From positions 43,886 to 107,885 of the forward strand of contig CAVPJZ010000002.1 in NCBI GenBank assembly GCA_963705555.1: DNA of 64,000 nucleotides, written 5' to 3'. The notes below the pieces were generated by a model. It saw only the letters and a program-made list of their open reading frames with translations, searched no databases and was not told where the DNA came from. Every line of letters begins with the position of its first letter. The stretch's first letter is position 1. Source of the DNA: an uncultured delta proteobacterium (GTDB lineage: Bacteria > Desulfobacterota > Syntrophia > Syntrophales > Smithellaceae). Position numbers and translations under genes: made by a program. Positions 30,143-41,593 of the stretch are shown here, one piece after another.

Positions 30143-31238
30143 AATTGAAAAAAACGCCACTGTATGAAAAGCACGTTGCCCTGAATGCCAAAATAATTGA
30201 CTTTGGCGGCTGGGCTATGCCCGTGCAATATACCAATGTTATCGATGAACACAAAGCAACCAGAAGCGCCGCCGGCCTTTTTGACATCTGCCACATGGGA
30301 GAGATCGAAGTTAAAGGTCCGCAGGCTCTTGATCTTTTACAGTTGGTTTTGACGAGAAATCTAGCTGATCAGGAAATAGGGCAAATTAAACTCTCTGCTT
30401 TGCTCAATTATGAAGGCGGCATTATTGACGACCTAACCGTCTATAAAATGGCACAAGATTCTTATATGCTGGTGACCAATGCCACCACCAAAGATCGCGA
30501 TTGGCAATGGATAAAATCTATTCAGCGGGACAAGGTATTTGATTGCAATTTAAAAGACATCAGCAAAAAGACAGGTAAACTGGATTTGCAGGGTCCTCAC
30601 GCTGAAGAAATTTTGCAAATACTGACCTCTGATAATTTGAAGAATTTGCGCTTCTATCATTTTTTCGAATCCCATGTATCGGGAATACCGTCCATCATTT
30701 CCCGCAGCGGTTATACTGGTGAAGACGGATTTGAAATTTATGCCTCTGCCAATGCTATTGGAGATATCTGGGATAAACTCATGGCCACAGGCGAGAGATG
30801 GGGAATGAAACCGGCTGGATTGGGAGCGCGGGACACTTTGCGCCTGGAAGCGGGCATGATGCTCAACGGCCAGGACATGTCGGAAACAATTAGCTCCGCT
30901 GGAAGTACCATATAGCTGGCTTATTGATTGGAACAAGGAATTTATCGGCTCAGCAGTCGCTTAAAATGCAAAAAAAATCAGGCATTAAGAAAAAACTGGT
31001 AGGTTTGGAAATGACCGGCCGCGGAATAGCCCGCCATGGCTATAAAGTATTTAATCGGGAGAGGGAAATCGGAGTTGTGACTTCCGGAACATTTTCGCCC
31101 ACTTTAAACAAAGCAATCGGTTTGGCGTTTATCGATATTGCTTTCAGCGCGCCGGATACGGAAATAGCCATTATCATTCGTGACACAATGAGCCCGGCAA
31201 AAATTGTTAAGCTTCCATTTTATAAAAGGCCAAAATAA
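30139..31238 (+). CDS. gcvT: Glycine cleavage system aminomethyltransferase (T protein); frame breaks near 30900-30960
   Basis: KTPLYEKHVALNAKIIDFGGWAMPVQY, SRSGYTGEDGFEI and a colinear C-terminal ORF at 30924..31238. Confidence 0.9.
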
Positions 31239-31258
31239 AATTAAGGAGAGGAAACACC

Positions 31259-31657
31259 ATGTCCAAACAAAATCCAGCCGACAGATGCTATTCCCGGGAT
31301 CACGAATGGGTAAAAGATAATGGTGACGGCACTGTCATCGTCGGCATAACCGATTACGCACAGGAAATGCTCACCGATATCGTGTTTGTCGAACTGCCGC
31401 AAATCGGGAAAAAAGTAGCTAAAGGTGATGCCGTGGCAGTTGTGGAATCCGTAAAATCGGTATCCGATGTTTACGCCCCGGTAAGCGGAGAAGTTATTGC
31501 CGTGAATAATAAGTTGGAAGAAGAACCGGCGCTGATTAATCAGGATGCTTTTGGCGATGGCTGGATTGTGAAAATGCGCCTGGCGAATGCAGGCGAACTC
31601 AAATTTCTGCTTAGTGCCGCTGATTATGAAAAACTGGTCAAAGAGGAAAAACACTAA
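31259..31657 (+). CDS. gcvH: Glycine cleavage system H protein (lipoyl carrier)
   Basis: 132-aa intact ORF containing the lipoyl-lysine motif VESVKSVSD. Confidence 0.9.
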   Translation: MSKQNPADRCYSRDHEWVKDNGDGTVIVGITDYAQEMLTDIVFVELPQIGKKVAKGDAVAVVESVKSVSDVYAPVSGEVIAVNNKLEEEPALINQDAFGDGWIVKMRLANAGELKFLLSAADYEKLVKEEKH

Positions 31658-31660
31658 TAT

Positions 31661-32993
31661 ATGGACTACTGTCCCCACACCACCCGAGGATATAACCCAA
31701 ATGCAGGCGGTTATCGGAGTAACCAGCCTCGATGAGTTATTTGCCGATATTCCGCAAAAATTCAGATTAAAACAGATACCGGATATTCCTGCCGCCTTAT
31801 CCGAACAGCAGACCGTCGCTGTCATGAGCGATCTTGCCCGAAAGAATAAACTGCCGCAATTGACCTTAACCGGTGCCGGTGCTTACCATCATTTTATTCC
31901 CGCTGTCGTCGGACATATAATATCGGCCGCGCTGAATTTTATACTGCCTATACTCCTTATCAGGCGGAAATCAGCCAGGGCATTCTGCAGGCGATTTACG
32001 AATACCAGACTATGATTGCCCATTTAACCGGCACCGAAATTGCCAACGCTTCCATGTATGACGGCGCTTCGGCAATGGCGGAAGCGGCAGTGCTTTGCGC
32101 CAAGATGTCCAACCGGACTAAAATTATTGTTGCCCGCTCGGTGCATCCCGAATACCGGCAGGTTTTGCGGACATATTCCTGGGCTAACGGCTATACCGTT
32201 GTCGAAATACCGTATACGCGCATCCGGACAGATTGATCTAGACCGCTCTGCAAAACAAACTCGATGATCATGTGGCCGCTGTTTTAGTACAAAGCCCGAA
32301 TTTTTTCGGCGTTATCGAAGATATTGCTCCTATCGTGGATGCCGCTCATAAAAAAGGCGCTTTGCTTGTCGCCGGTTTTACCGATGGCACATCACTGGGC
32401 ATTCTGCAGCCGGCGGGAGCATCCGGCGCTGATTTTGTCGTCGGCGAAGGCCAGAGTTTCGGCAATCCGCTTAATTACGGCGGCCCTTATCTGGGAATTT
32501 TTGCCGCGCGGGAAAAATTTATGCGCCGGATACCCGGGCAGACTTGTCGGCGCGACTGTGGATAAAAACGGCAAGCGCGGTTTTGTCTTGACTCTGCAAA
32601 CCCGCGAACAGCATATCCGCCGGGAAAAAGCGACTTCCAACATTTGTTCCAACGAAGCGCTTTGCGCGCTGGCGGCTGGCGTTTATCTGGCCGCTCTGGG
32701 TAAAAATCTTAAAAAGCTCGCCGAGCTCAATATTTACAAAACACAATATTTGAAAAATAGGCTTTTAGAGCTTAAGGGCTGGAAGGAAGTATTTGCCGCT
32801 CCGGTTTATAATGAATTTGTTTTGCGCTGTCCCGATGCCAAGACTGGTTAATGAAAAACTAAGAAACGAGGGAATTATCGGCGGTTATGAATTACAAAAA
32901 GATTATCCGGAACTGAAAAATACTCTGCTCTTTTGCGCCACGGAAATGATCTCGAAAGAAGATATTGATAGGGTTGCGACAATTTTGAAGTAA
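31661..32993 (+). CDS. gcvPA: Glycine dehydrogenase (decarboxylating) subunit 1; about five frame breaks
   Basis: Fragments in different frames are colinear with GcvPA ([37 protein letters not shown] read across a shift, [23 protein letters not shown]). Confidence 0.85.
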
Positions 32994-33002
32994 TCTCAGG
33001 AG

Positions 33003-34465
33003 TTGCAAATATGGAACTTGATTTTTGAAATAAGCAAACCGGGACGCAGCGCCGCGGACATCTCCGCAAGCGATGTACCCGCTGTCAATATTGAAACTGT
33101 AATCGGCAAAAAATATCTGCGCGATGAACTTGATTTACCGGAAGTAGCGGAAATTGATTTAGTCCGGCATTACACCAATTTATCGCGGCGCAATTTCGGC
33201 GTTGATCTGGGCTTTTATCCGCTGGGCTCCTGCACGATGAAATATAATCCCAAAGTTAACGAGAATGTCGCCGCGCTACCCGGCTTTACCGGTATTGCAT
33301 CCTTATGCTGACGGATGAATTTGCCCAGGGCAATCTGCAACTGATGTATGAAATGCAAAAATATTTAAGCAGCATTTTCGGCATGGCGGAATTTACCTTG
33401 CAGCCGGCGGCAGGCGCGCATGGCGAACTTACCGGCGTCATGATGATTAAAAAATATTTTGAAAAGAAAGGCCAAAAACGCCGCATCTATTCTGATACCC
33501 GATGCCGCGCACGGCACCAATCCGGCATCCGGCGCTCTTTGCGGATTTGATACGGTGACACTTCGTTCCAACAGCGAAGGCGGCGTTGATATCGAACACT
33601 TGCAGTCTTTGATGACGGAAGATGTGGCCGCCTTGATGCTGACCAATCCCAACACGCTGGGACTGTTTGAACGCAATATCGAAAAGGTCGCGCAAATCGT
33701 TCATGACAAAGGCGGCCTGCTTTACGGCGACGGCGCCAATGCCAACGCTTTTTTAGGCAAAACCAGACCGGGCGATCTGGGCTTTGATGTTATTCAGCTC
33801 AATCTGCACAAAACTTTTTCCACACCGCACGGCGGCGGCGGCCCCGGCAGCGGCCCGGTGGGCGTGAGCTAAAACTTGTTGATTATCTGCCCGTACCCCG
33901 CATTGTGAAGAAAAAACGAGGAATATCAGCTGGTCGGATAAATTTCCGCGATACCATCGGCCGCGTGCGTTCTTTTTACGGAAATTTCAATGTGATTGTG
34001 AAAGCCTATACTTATATTCGCTCCTTGGGCGCTGAAGGTTTAAAGCGCGCCACCGAAATGGCCGTGCTCAATGCGAACTACATCAAAGAAAAGATTAAAA
34101 CCATATTTTGATCTTGCCCTATGATCGCGTCTGCATGCACGAGTGCGTTTTTTCCGGTAAAAGACAGGTTGCCGAAAGCGGAGTGCATACGACGGATATT
34201 GCCAAGAGGCTGATTGATTATGGCTATCATCCGCCGACCATTTATTTTCCGCTTCATTGTTCCGGAAGCGATCATGATTGAACCTACCGAGACGGAAAGC
34301 AAGGAGACGCTGGATGCTTTCTGCGAGGCCATGATTACCATCGCGACCGAGGCCAAAGAAAATCCTGATTGTGTAAAAAATGCGCCGCTGACGACACCAG
34401 TTAGCCGGCTCGATGAAGTGCTGGCCGCGCGCAAACCGGATGTTTGCTGGAAAAAACCTGGTTGA
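33003..34465 (+). CDS. gcvPB: Glycine dehydrogenase (decarboxylating) subunit 2; about five frame breaks
   Basis: [52 protein letters not shown] and HPPTIYFP appear across shifted ORFs. Confidence 0.85.
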
Positions 34466-34473
34466 TCTTATTT

Positions 34474-35349
34474 ATGAACGAATCTACAATCAAGGTCAAA
34501 CAAGCAAATTCTGCGCAAGCCTCCCTGGCTCAAAGTGCGTCCTCCTTATGCTGACAAGTGCCGCAATATTAAATCGACTCTGGCCAGATCTTCAATTACA
34601 CACCGTTTGCCAGGAGGCGGCCTGCCCCAACATGGCGGAATGCTTCAATAGCGGTACAGCAACATTTTTGATTCTGGGCAATATTTGCACGCGTAACTGC
34701 CTTTACTGCAATGTCGCTCACGGTAAGCCGGCACCTGTGGACGAACAAGAAATCTATCATCTGATTGATGCTGTACAGAAAATGAATCTGAATTATGTTG
34801 TCATTACTTCCGTCACGCGTGATGATTTGCCGGACGGCGGCGCACAAGCCTTTGCTGATTGTATAGGCGGCCTGCGCAAGGCAGTGTCCGAATGTAAGAT
34901 CGAAGTGTTGATTCCCGATTTTCAGGGTCAATCCTCAGCGCTGGAAAAAGTGATTACCGCTAAACCCGATGTCATCAATCACAATATGGAAGTTGTTGAA
35001 CCTTTATTTTCACAACTGAGGCCGCAGGGCAGTTACAATCTTTCGCTTGGAATTGCTCTTACAAATAGCGAAGTCATCAACAGCAATTTCCAAAAGCGGT
35101 TTTATGGTTGGTTTTGGCGAAAAGCGTGAGGATATTTTACGACTTATCGATGATTTGGCTTCCGTCTCCTGCGCGCGTTTGACTATCGGGCAGTATCAGC
35201 AGCCGACGCTCAAGCATTGGCCGGTGGCCAAATATTATCACCCGGACGAGTTTGCCGAGTTGAAAGAAATAGCTTATCAAAAAGGCTTTCAGTATGTGGA
35301 AGCGGGACCATTAGTGCGCAGTTCCTATCATGCTGCGCAGGCATGTTAA
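34474..35349 (+). CDS. lipA: Lipoyl synthase; about three frame breaks
   Basis: [17 protein letters not shown] and [11 protein letters not shown] are the two LipA Fe-S cluster motifs. The C-terminal ORF 35047..35349 is colinear. Confidence 0.85.
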
Positions 35350-35361
35350 TAAGGAGTGAAT

Positions 35362-36720
35362 ATGGCGGAACAATATGATTTAGTTGTTATCGGTGGAGGC
35401 CCCGGGGGACTGGCCGCGGCCGAATTTGCTGCGAAAAACAAAAAACGTGTCCTCATCATCGAGAAAGACGGCTGGGGCGGCGCATGTACTAATCGCGGGT
35501 GCATTCCCACCAAAGCTCTGCTTACCTGTAGTAAATATTATACGGACTTAAAAAGACTAAAACGATTGGGAATTAATATCGCGGATATATCAATTGATTT
35601 TGCCGGCATCAAAAAACATCAACAGCAAATAGTCAAGGTGGCGGAGCTCGGCGCTCATAAAATGCTCGTCGATGCCCAGGTGGAAACGAAACAAGGCATG
35701 GGCGAAATTATCTCTCCGCAGGAAGTGCAATACCACGATCAACAAGGCAACTCCAAAATCATTCCCACAAAAAACATTATTATCGCCTGGGGCTCCCAGC
35801 CGCAAATGCTGCCGGAAATAAATTTATCCGAATGCATTTTAACATCGGATGGCCTGCTGAATTTAGATAGTCTTCCCGCCAGCATAATAATTGTCGGAGG
35901 TAGCGTAATCGGTGTAGAGTTTGCCACTTTCTTTGCCGAATTGGGTGTAAAAGTAACCTTAGTTGAACTATTAGACAGGATTCTACCTTACGAAGATCAG
36001 GAAGCAGTAGATTTGCTCCGGCAGGAACTGGTTCGTTTAGGCATTGAAATACATACCTCAACAAAACTCGAGAGGCTCAATGATACAGGTAGCGCGGTAA
36101 CGCTGCAGGCGCAGCAAAACATTAATAAGCTGGAGATAACCGCCGATTTCGTTTTGCTTTGCACCGGCAGAAAACCTCTGCTGGATACGGCACAGTTGGA
36201 TAAGCTGAATATCGAATATACCAAAACCGGCATCAAAATCGATCAGAATATGATGACAAATGTAGCCGGTATTTACGCGGTGGGTGATGTTACCGGCGGC
36301 TTGATGCTGGCGCACCGGGCAACTGAGCAGGGTAAAGTTGCCGCCGGACATATTTGTGAATCAAACACAATTGTTTACAATGAAAATTTTATTCCATCTG
36401 TTGTTTACAGTCATCCGCAAATCGCCCGCGTTGGCTATAATCAAAAGCAGGTGTCAAATGAAGGGTTAATCGTGGAGATCGTCAAATCCAATTACAGCGC
36501 CAATATCATCGCCCGCGCCGAACTGATGGGTCAGGGTTTTGTCAAAGTCATCTTCAATGAAGATAAAATCATCGGCGCAACCATCGTTGGTGAAGACGCC
36601 GCGGAACTAATCGTGCCTCTAAGCCTGGCTGTATCCAATGGGCTTACCAAAAAGCAACTACAGTCGTGGGTTATTCCCCACCCAACGCTAAGTGAAATAT
36701 TTGCACCACTAATTAGATGA
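35362..36720 (+). CDS. lpdA: Dihydrolipoyl dehydrogenase (E3 / L protein)
   Basis: Intact ORF with GGGPGG, the redox disulfide GGACTNRGCIPTK and HPTLSE near the C-terminus. ATG at 35362 follows GGAG. Confidence 0.85.
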   Translation: MAEQYDLVVIGGGPGGLAAAEFAAKNKKRVLIIEKDGWGGACTNRGCIPTKALLTCSKYYTDLKRLKRLGINIADISIDFAGIKKHQQQIVKVAELGAHKMLVDAQVETKQGMGEIISPQEVQYHDQQGNSKIIPTKNIIIAWGSQPQMLPEINLSECILTSDGLLNLDSLPASIIIVGGSVIGVEFATFFAELGVKVTLVELLDRILPYEDQEAVDLLRQELVRLGIEIHTSTKLERLNDTGSAVTLQAQQNINKLEITADFVLLCTGRKPLLDTAQLDKLNIEYTKTGIKIDQNMMTNVAGIYAVGDVTGGLMLAHRATEQGKVAAGHICESNTIVYNENFIPSVVYSHPQIARVGYNQKQVSNEGLIVEIVKSNYSANIIARAELMGQGFVKVIFNEDKIIGATIVGEDAAELIVPLSLAVSNGLTKKQLQSWVIPHPTLSEIFAPLIR

Positions 36721-36756
36721 GTACCAAGTCGCTATCAGGCGGCTAGCTTTGTTGGC
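36719..36756 (+). repeat. 5' fragment of the stop-codon-abutting element family
   Basis: TGAGTACCAAGTCGCT...GCTAGCTTTGTTGGC begins at the lpdA TGA. It matches the first ~38 nt of the 13477 and 27248 copies, then diverges. Confidence 0.35.
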
Positions 36757-36799
36757 TTAATCATAAGCTTGCTCAGCTTATTAAAATAAGGAGAATAGC

Positions 36800-37150
36800 A
36801 TGAAAATAATGAAGTATGCAGACATAATACCAACTCATTTCGACAATGACCAAGCAAAAGGCGTCGCGGGCCGTGTTGCGATTGGCAAGAATGACGGCGC
36901 GAATAATTTTTGTATGCGCATCTTCGAGATTGCTCGGGGAGGAAATACGCCGAAGCATGCACACGCCTGGGAACATGAAATGTTTATTCATTCAGGTGAA
37001 GGCGAAATTTACGGCAATGGTAAGTGGAATTCTATCCAACCCGGCACTGTCGTTTTTGTGCCGCCTAGTGAAGAGCATCAAATTCGAAATGCCGGCAGTA
37101 AACTATTGATTCTGGCGTGTCTCGTCCCATCAATAGCCCCAGAATTATAA
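36800..37150 (+). CDS. Cupin-domain protein
   Basis: 116 aa with cupin motifs (HAHAWEHEMFIHSGEG...FVPPSEEHQIRN). Confidence 0.7.
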   Translation: MKIMKYADIIPTHFDNDQAKGVAGRVAIGKNDGANNFCMRIFEIARGGNTPKHAHAWEHEMFIHSGEGEIYGNGKWNSIQPGTVVFVPPSEEHQIRNAGSKLLILACLVPSIAPEL

Positions 37151-37249
37151 TACTGGGTTGCACTAAACTTCCAGCAAAATATTCTTGCCTCTGCTAAGTG
37201 GATGTTTTATTAACTGGAAGGAAAATATTACTTCTCAAAGAAGATTGAT

Positions 37250-38533
37250 ATGGTATTTTTTAGGTATCGGTATCTGATATTCGGAGTTTTAGGTGCCGCA
37301 TATATATTGGTTTTTTTCCACAGGCTCGCGCCCGCGATTGTGGCGGTGGATATGATGCGCGACTTAAAAACGGGCGGGGCGCTGATGGGTATATTGGCAT
37401 CGGCCTATTTCTACCCTTATGCTTTGATGCAAATCCCCGCGGGCTTATTATCCGATTCCTGGGGACCGCGCCGATCGGTGACATTTTTTTTCATCTTCGC
37501 GGCCGCTGGTTCAGTCGCTTTGGGTCTTGCGGAAAATGTGGGTGCGGCTATTGTCGCTCGGATTGTCGTTGGTCTTGGTGTGGCCATGGTTTTCGTTCCG
37601 ACAATGAAAATCCTGACCAATTGGTTCGAATCGGAGAAATTCGTTAGAATGACCGGTATTCTCATGGCATTGGGCGGAGTGGGAGGTTACGTCGCGGCAA
37701 CACCCCTGGCTTATCTCAGTGAGGCGATCAGTTGGCGCGGCGCCATGGTGGTCATTGGAGCACTCACGCTGGGGATTGCTCTGGCAGTATGGCTGCTGGT
37801 GCGAGATACTCCTCAGGAAATGGGTTTTCAGCCGTTAAATGGGAACGTAAACTATAATCCAACAGTTAAGAAGGTGGGTTTATTGCGCGGTATGGGAATG
37901 GTACTCAAAGAAACGCGATTTTGGCCGTGGGCGGTGGTTTTTTTTCTGGGCGCGACAGTCAATTTGAGTTTCAGCGGTTTGTGGGGAGGCCCTTTTCTAA
38001 TGCAGGTCTATGGAATGTCGAAAACTCAGGCGGGGGGTATATTATCAATGATGGCCATCGGTTTGATTTTCGGCGCGCCGGTGATGAGTTTACTTTCCGA
38101 CAAGGTATTTCATTCAAGAAAAAAAGTGCTTTTGATCAACCAATTTTCGGCGCTGGGCATTTTTGTTCCACTTGCCTTTTTTACGGGAGATTTCAGCAAG
38201 ACGATGCTCTACATCTGGTGTTTCTCCTATAGTTTTATGTCATCGGGTGCGGTGGTGGTCGGCTATACATCCATCAAGGAATACTTTCCGATGGAGATTT
38301 CCGGCACAGCCACGGGCTTGATAAACATTTTCCCTTTTGCTGGCGCCGCTTTAGGCCAACCGCTGATGGGCTGGTATCTGGATCACATGGGCTCTACCGG
38401 AGGGCATTACAGCGTAGATGCTTACTCAGCCGCGCTTAAGATTGGTTTAATTTTTCTCTTCGGCGCGCTGGTGGCGAGTACATTCGTAAAAGAAACTTTC
38501 CCCAAGGTATCAGTCAATACCCATTCACTGTAG
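37250..38533 (+). CDS. MFS transporter
   Basis: 427-aa intact ORF with about 12 TM helices and an MFS loop motif (LSDSWGPRR). Confidence 0.8.
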   Translation: MVFFRYRYLIFGVLGAAYILVFFHRLAPAIVAVDMMRDLKTGGALMGILASAYFYPYALMQIPAGLLSDSWGPRRSVTFFFIFAAAGSVALGLAENVGAAIVARIVVGLGVAMVFVPTMKILTNWFESEKFVRMTGILMALGGVGGYVAATPLAYLSEAISWRGAMVVIGALTLGIALAVWLLVRDTPQEMGFQPLNGNVNYNPTVKKVGLLRGMGMVLKETRFWPWAVVFFLGATVNLSFSGLWGGPFLMQVYGMSKTQAGGILSMMAIGLIFGAPVMSLLSDKVFHSRKKVLLINQFSALGIFVPLAFFTGDFSKTMLYIWCFSYSFMSSGAVVVGYTSIKEYFPMEISGTATGLINIFPFAGAALGQPLMGWYLDHMGSTGGHYSVDAYSAALKIGLIFLFGALVASTFVKETFPKVSVNTHSL

Positions 38534-38754
38534 TCTACCGGATAGAGCTTATTTTTCGATGCAAGAATGATGTTTTTACATACCCGAAGTTGAATAAAAT
38601 TTTCACATCGATCATTGCTAACTTATTTATCCCGTTGACTTGCAAAGCAGATTCTCCTAATTAGAACTCGGGTAGCATAATTAGATTAGCGGGAACGCTA
38701 GTCCGCAAGTATAATGATTAAAAAAAGGTAATAGACATCTGGAAGGAGAAACCG

Positions 38755-40122
38755 ATGGATCTCAGACCGATTTTTGAACCTAAGACCATGGCGGTGTTCG
38801 GCGTATCAGCGAGCAACTATCACCATCCGGCCAACGAGATATTTAACAAGAATCAGCACCGGTACCCGGTAACGGTCTATGGAGTCAATCCCGGCCGTGA
38901 GACGGTAGGCGGACAAAAGGTATATCACAGCATAGCGGAGATTCCCGAGCGGATCGATCTGGCAATTATCGCCGTCAGGGCCGATCTCGTGCCGGATGTG
39001 TTATCCGAATGCATCAAGGCAGATGCTCGTTCTGCCGTGATTATATCAGGAGGCTTCAAGGAAGTCGGCAGGCAGGATCTGCAAAACAGAATTGTCGCCA
39101 TAGCTCGAGAGGCATCATTTCCTTTCATCGGTCCTAACTGTCTTGGTATCTATGTCCCCGACCATGTGGATACGTTCTTCCTGCCCAGCGAGCGCATGAT
39201 AAAACCTCTGAAGGGAAACATCTCCTTTGTGAGCCAGAGCGGTGGCATCCTTGTGGATCAGATGATAAAATTTACGGCCGATGGTATTGGTTTTGCGAAA
39301 GCCGTTAGCATCGGAAACAAGGCGCTCATCGGCGAGCTTGATCTTCTCGATTATTTCAGCGCTGATCCGTCTACGGATGTGATTGCTTTCTATATCGAAG
39401 GGTTCGGGGAAAACGAAGGGAGGCAGTTTGTTCTAAATGCCGAAAAGTGCGGCAAGCCCATCATTGTTATCAAATCCGGCAAAAGCCCGGGCGGCAGCCG
39501 GGCTATCGTAAGCCACACAGCGTCGCTGGCAGGAGACTACGCCAGCTTTTCTGCTGCCCTTTCACAACATGGGATTGTCGAAGCGACAACTGAAAGGGAA
39601 CTAGTTTCTTTCTGCGAGTCCCTGAGTAAACACCCATCCCAGCATATCGAGGGACGGGTAGGCATTATCACAGTGAGCGGAGGTCACGGCGCCATGGCCG
39701 TCGATTCCTGCGCCTCTCATGGAATTGCCATACCCGGCCTGTCGGAGCGCAAGCAGGATGAAATCCGTAAAAATTTAAACCCTAGTGCGCGCGCGATTGC
39801 CGCGCTCAATAATCCCATCGATCTGACGGGGAGCGGTGTGGATGACGATTTTGTTACGACAACCCGGACGCTATTGACCATGGATGATATAGACAGCATT
39901 ATCGTCTTGCTCCTGCCCTATATCCCCGGAATCACCTCCGACCTTGGCGCCAAACTGAGCCTTATCGCCAGAGAATATAACAAACCGCTGATTGCCTACG
40001 TGCCCAACGTAGAGAAATATGAAATGTTGATCGAGGGATTTGAACTAAACGGTGTTGCTGTTTCACCTTCTATTGAGGGTGCGGTGTTGATGATTGAGGC
40101 TTTAAGGAGAAATAAACCATGA
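38755..40122 (+). CDS. ADP-forming acyl/acetyl-CoA synthetase, alpha (CoA-binding/ligase) subunit
   Basis: 455 aa with a CoA-binding N-terminus (MAVFGVS...) and a succinyl-CoA-ligase-like region (SQSGG, GNK, HTASLAG). Confidence 0.75.
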   Translation: MDLRPIFEPKTMAVFGVSASNYHHPANEIFNKNQHRYPVTVYGVNPGRETVGGQKVYHSIAEIPERIDLAIIAVRADLVPDVLSECIKADARSAVIISGGFKEVGRQDLQNRIVAIAREASFPFIGPNCLGIYVPDHVDTFFLPSERMIKPLKGNISFVSQSGGILVDQMIKFTADGIGFAKAVSIGNKALIGELDLLDYFSADPSTDVIAFYIEGFGENEGRQFVLNAEKCGKPIIVIKSGKSPGGSRAIVSHTASLAGDYASFSAALSQHGIVEATTERELVSFCESLSKHPSQHIEGRVGIITVSGGHGAMAVDSCASHGIAIPGLSERKQDEIRKNLNPSARAIAALNNPIDLTGSGVDDDFVTTTRTLLTMDDIDSIIVLLLPYIPGITSDLGAKLSLIAREYNKPLIAYVPNVEKYEMLIEGFELNGVAVSPSIEGAVLMIEALRRNKP

Positions 40123-40817
40123 CCAATTTAAATCCTAAAATAATCCAGATCATTGAAGCATCCCGCAAGTACGGATGGATTCTCGAATCCGATGCCAAAC
40201 AGATTTTTTCTCTTTTGGGGTTTGCCATTCCCAGGTTTACGGTGGCGAAAACATTGGATGATGCCCTCCAATTTGCTAACAAAATCGGTTATCCCGTGGT
40301 TGCCAAAATAGTTTCTCCCCTTATCCTGCACAAGTCAGATGTCGGAGGTGTCATTGTGGGAATAGCCGATGATAAGGGTATGGCAGAGGCCTTCCAGCAT
40401 TTAAACTCTATGAATGGTTTTGTTGGTGTCCTTGTCGACGAGATGATATCGGGCATTGAGCTTATCGTGGGGGCGAAAATAGATTTTCAATTTGGCCCCA
40501 TGGTCCTCGTGGGCATAGGTGGAACCAGCGTGGAAATCTATCGTGATGTCATTCTGAAAATGGCCCCCCTCTCTAGGCAGGATGGCTTAACCATGATTCG
40601 ATCTCTGAAAGGATACAAACTTTTGGATGGATACCGAGGCGCCGAACCGGTGGATATGGAAAGACTCGCCGATATCCTCGTCAACTTCTCCACCCTGGTC
40701 ATGGCCTTGAAAGACGAGATTGAATCCATCGACATCAATCCCCTGCTATGCTCCGCCGGTCAGTGTGTGATAGCCGATGCCCGCATTATCCTAAAGGGAG
40801 GCGTAAGGATAACCTGA
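40119..40817 (+). CDS. ADP-forming acyl-CoA synthetase, beta (ATP-grasp) subunit
   Basis: 232-aa ATP-grasp_5-like ORF (GYPVVAKIVSPLILHKSDVGGV). ATGA overlap with the alpha subunit. Confidence 0.75.
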   Translation: MTNLNPKIIQIIEASRKYGWILESDAKQIFSLLGFAIPRFTVAKTLDDALQFANKIGYPVVAKIVSPLILHKSDVGGVIVGIADDKGMAEAFQHLNSMNGFVGVLVDEMISGIELIVGAKIDFQFGPMVLVGIGGTSVEIYRDVILKMAPLSRQDGLTMIRSLKGYKLLDGYRGAEPVDMERLADILVNFSTLVMALKDEIESIDINPLLCSAGQCVIADARIILKGGVRIT

Positions 40818-40851
40818 TTTATCTGCGAAAGAGCTCTTATCAAAATTAGTT

Positions 40852-41515
40852 TTATTCATACCAGCGTACAAATTCCTTTATGTCCATTCTTTGTGATCTG
40901 TATTTATTAGCTACAGCATTATTATCGGGGTAACCCAGAGAAATACCAAGGGCTATCTTGATATTGTCGGGAATATCCAAATGTCGGCGTATAATATCGG
41001 GGTAAACTGTCAGCATTGCCTGCGGACATCCACCCAAACTTTCGGCATGCAGCGTCATTAAGAAAGCTTTGCACAAAAAGCCCTAAATCAAACATTGACC
41101 AAGACGTAAGCGACTTATCTAAACCAACAAATACGACGCAGGGAGCGCCATAAAACTGGAAATTACGCAAATAGCCAGCTCTGATTTTTACCTGATCATT
41201 GGGGTCTATTCCCAACGCCTCAAAACGCCGCAAGCGATGAGTTGTTGATCTTTTTTCCGGGGCTTGCGGCCAGGCAGTGGGAAAGGAGAAATCAGGCCGT
41301 TTTTGTCGATCCTCTTGGGCGGCACTGAACAACTCTGCGCCTAGAGCTTTTTTCTTTTCTCCCAGAACGACAAATACTTCCCATGGCTGGGTGTTCATGA
41401 AAGAAGGGCTATGCGATGCCGCTTTCAAAATTTTTTTCAATAAACCTTTGTCCACCGGTTTGGACAAAAATGCACGTACGCTTGCTCTACCTTCTAAAAC
41501 TTTAAAAAAATCCAT
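40852..41515 (-). CDS. Nitroreductase-family protein; one frame break near 41070
   Basis: MDFFKVLEGRASVRAF...PSFMNTQPW, then a shifted C-terminus ...LGISLGYPD. Confidence 0.75.
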
Positions 41516-41593
41516 ATCGGCCTCCTTGTTTTAATTTATATTCCCGAGTCACTTCGCTTGCGGCAATGACGGCTTTTTTTCACGGCCGAACAT

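Noticed and set aside
37621-37634. GGTTCGAATCGG resembles a tRNA T-arm.
   Set aside because: It lies inside the intact MFS transporter ORF, and no acceptor, D or anticodon arms surround it.
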